This document shows, piece after piece, positions 19,852-20,000 of a stretch of DNA of 20,000 nucleotides. The notes below the pieces were generated by a model, which saw nothing but the letters and a program-made list of their open reading frames with translations, searched no databases and had not been told where the DNA came from. Origin of the DNA: Trichoplax sp. H2 (Eukaryota). The translations under genes were made by a program, and so were the position numbers. Where the stretch lies: positions 929,111 through 949,110 of the forward strand of contig NOWV01000014.1 of the NCBI GenBank assembly GCA_003344405.1, given 5' to 3'. The first letter of the stretch is position 1. Every line of letters begins with the position of its first letter.

Positions 19852-20000
19852 GTAAGTAAGATTATGCTGAAAATGCAGGTACATCCAATATCTCAGTGAT
19901 AATAAAGGATTTTCAAGAACCTGTATTAGTAATTTAAAAATCTTACACTAAAAAAGGGAATATCTGAAATCATGATTACTGAACATCTTTCATAGCACCT

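Noticed and set aside
19687-19884. 65-aa minus-strand ORF
   Set aside because: Antisense to LRR exon 39; chance open frame.

Overview
This is AT-rich eukaryotic (animal-like) genomic DNA with spliceosomal GT-AG introns. It is not prokaryotic, so the ORF track misses most of the coding content. I read two genes, both on the + strand. (1) <2..1291 is a 5'-truncated, apparently uninterrupted Artemis/DCLRE1C (SNM1C) metallo-beta-lactamase/beta-CASP nuclease. (2) 5709..>19851 is a large, 3'-truncated gene for a secreted or cell-surface leucine-rich-repeat (LRR) protein. It has a signal-peptide exon, an LRRNT cap exon and at least 39 consecutive symmetric phase-2 exons, each encoding one LRR. 28 of these are 72 nt and the rest are 63-84 nt, all multiples of 3. 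The spliced frame is open for about 994 codons with no internal cap and no C-terminal domain in the window. Inside the array there is a paired-cysteine pattern (Cys at F+1 in one repeat, F+2 in the next), an apparent ancient duplication of an 8-exon block, several unusual AAG acceptors and possible decayed LRR exons in introns. Compact introns and low GC suggest an early-branching metazoan such as a placozoan; this is inference only. All exon coordinates were read by eye.
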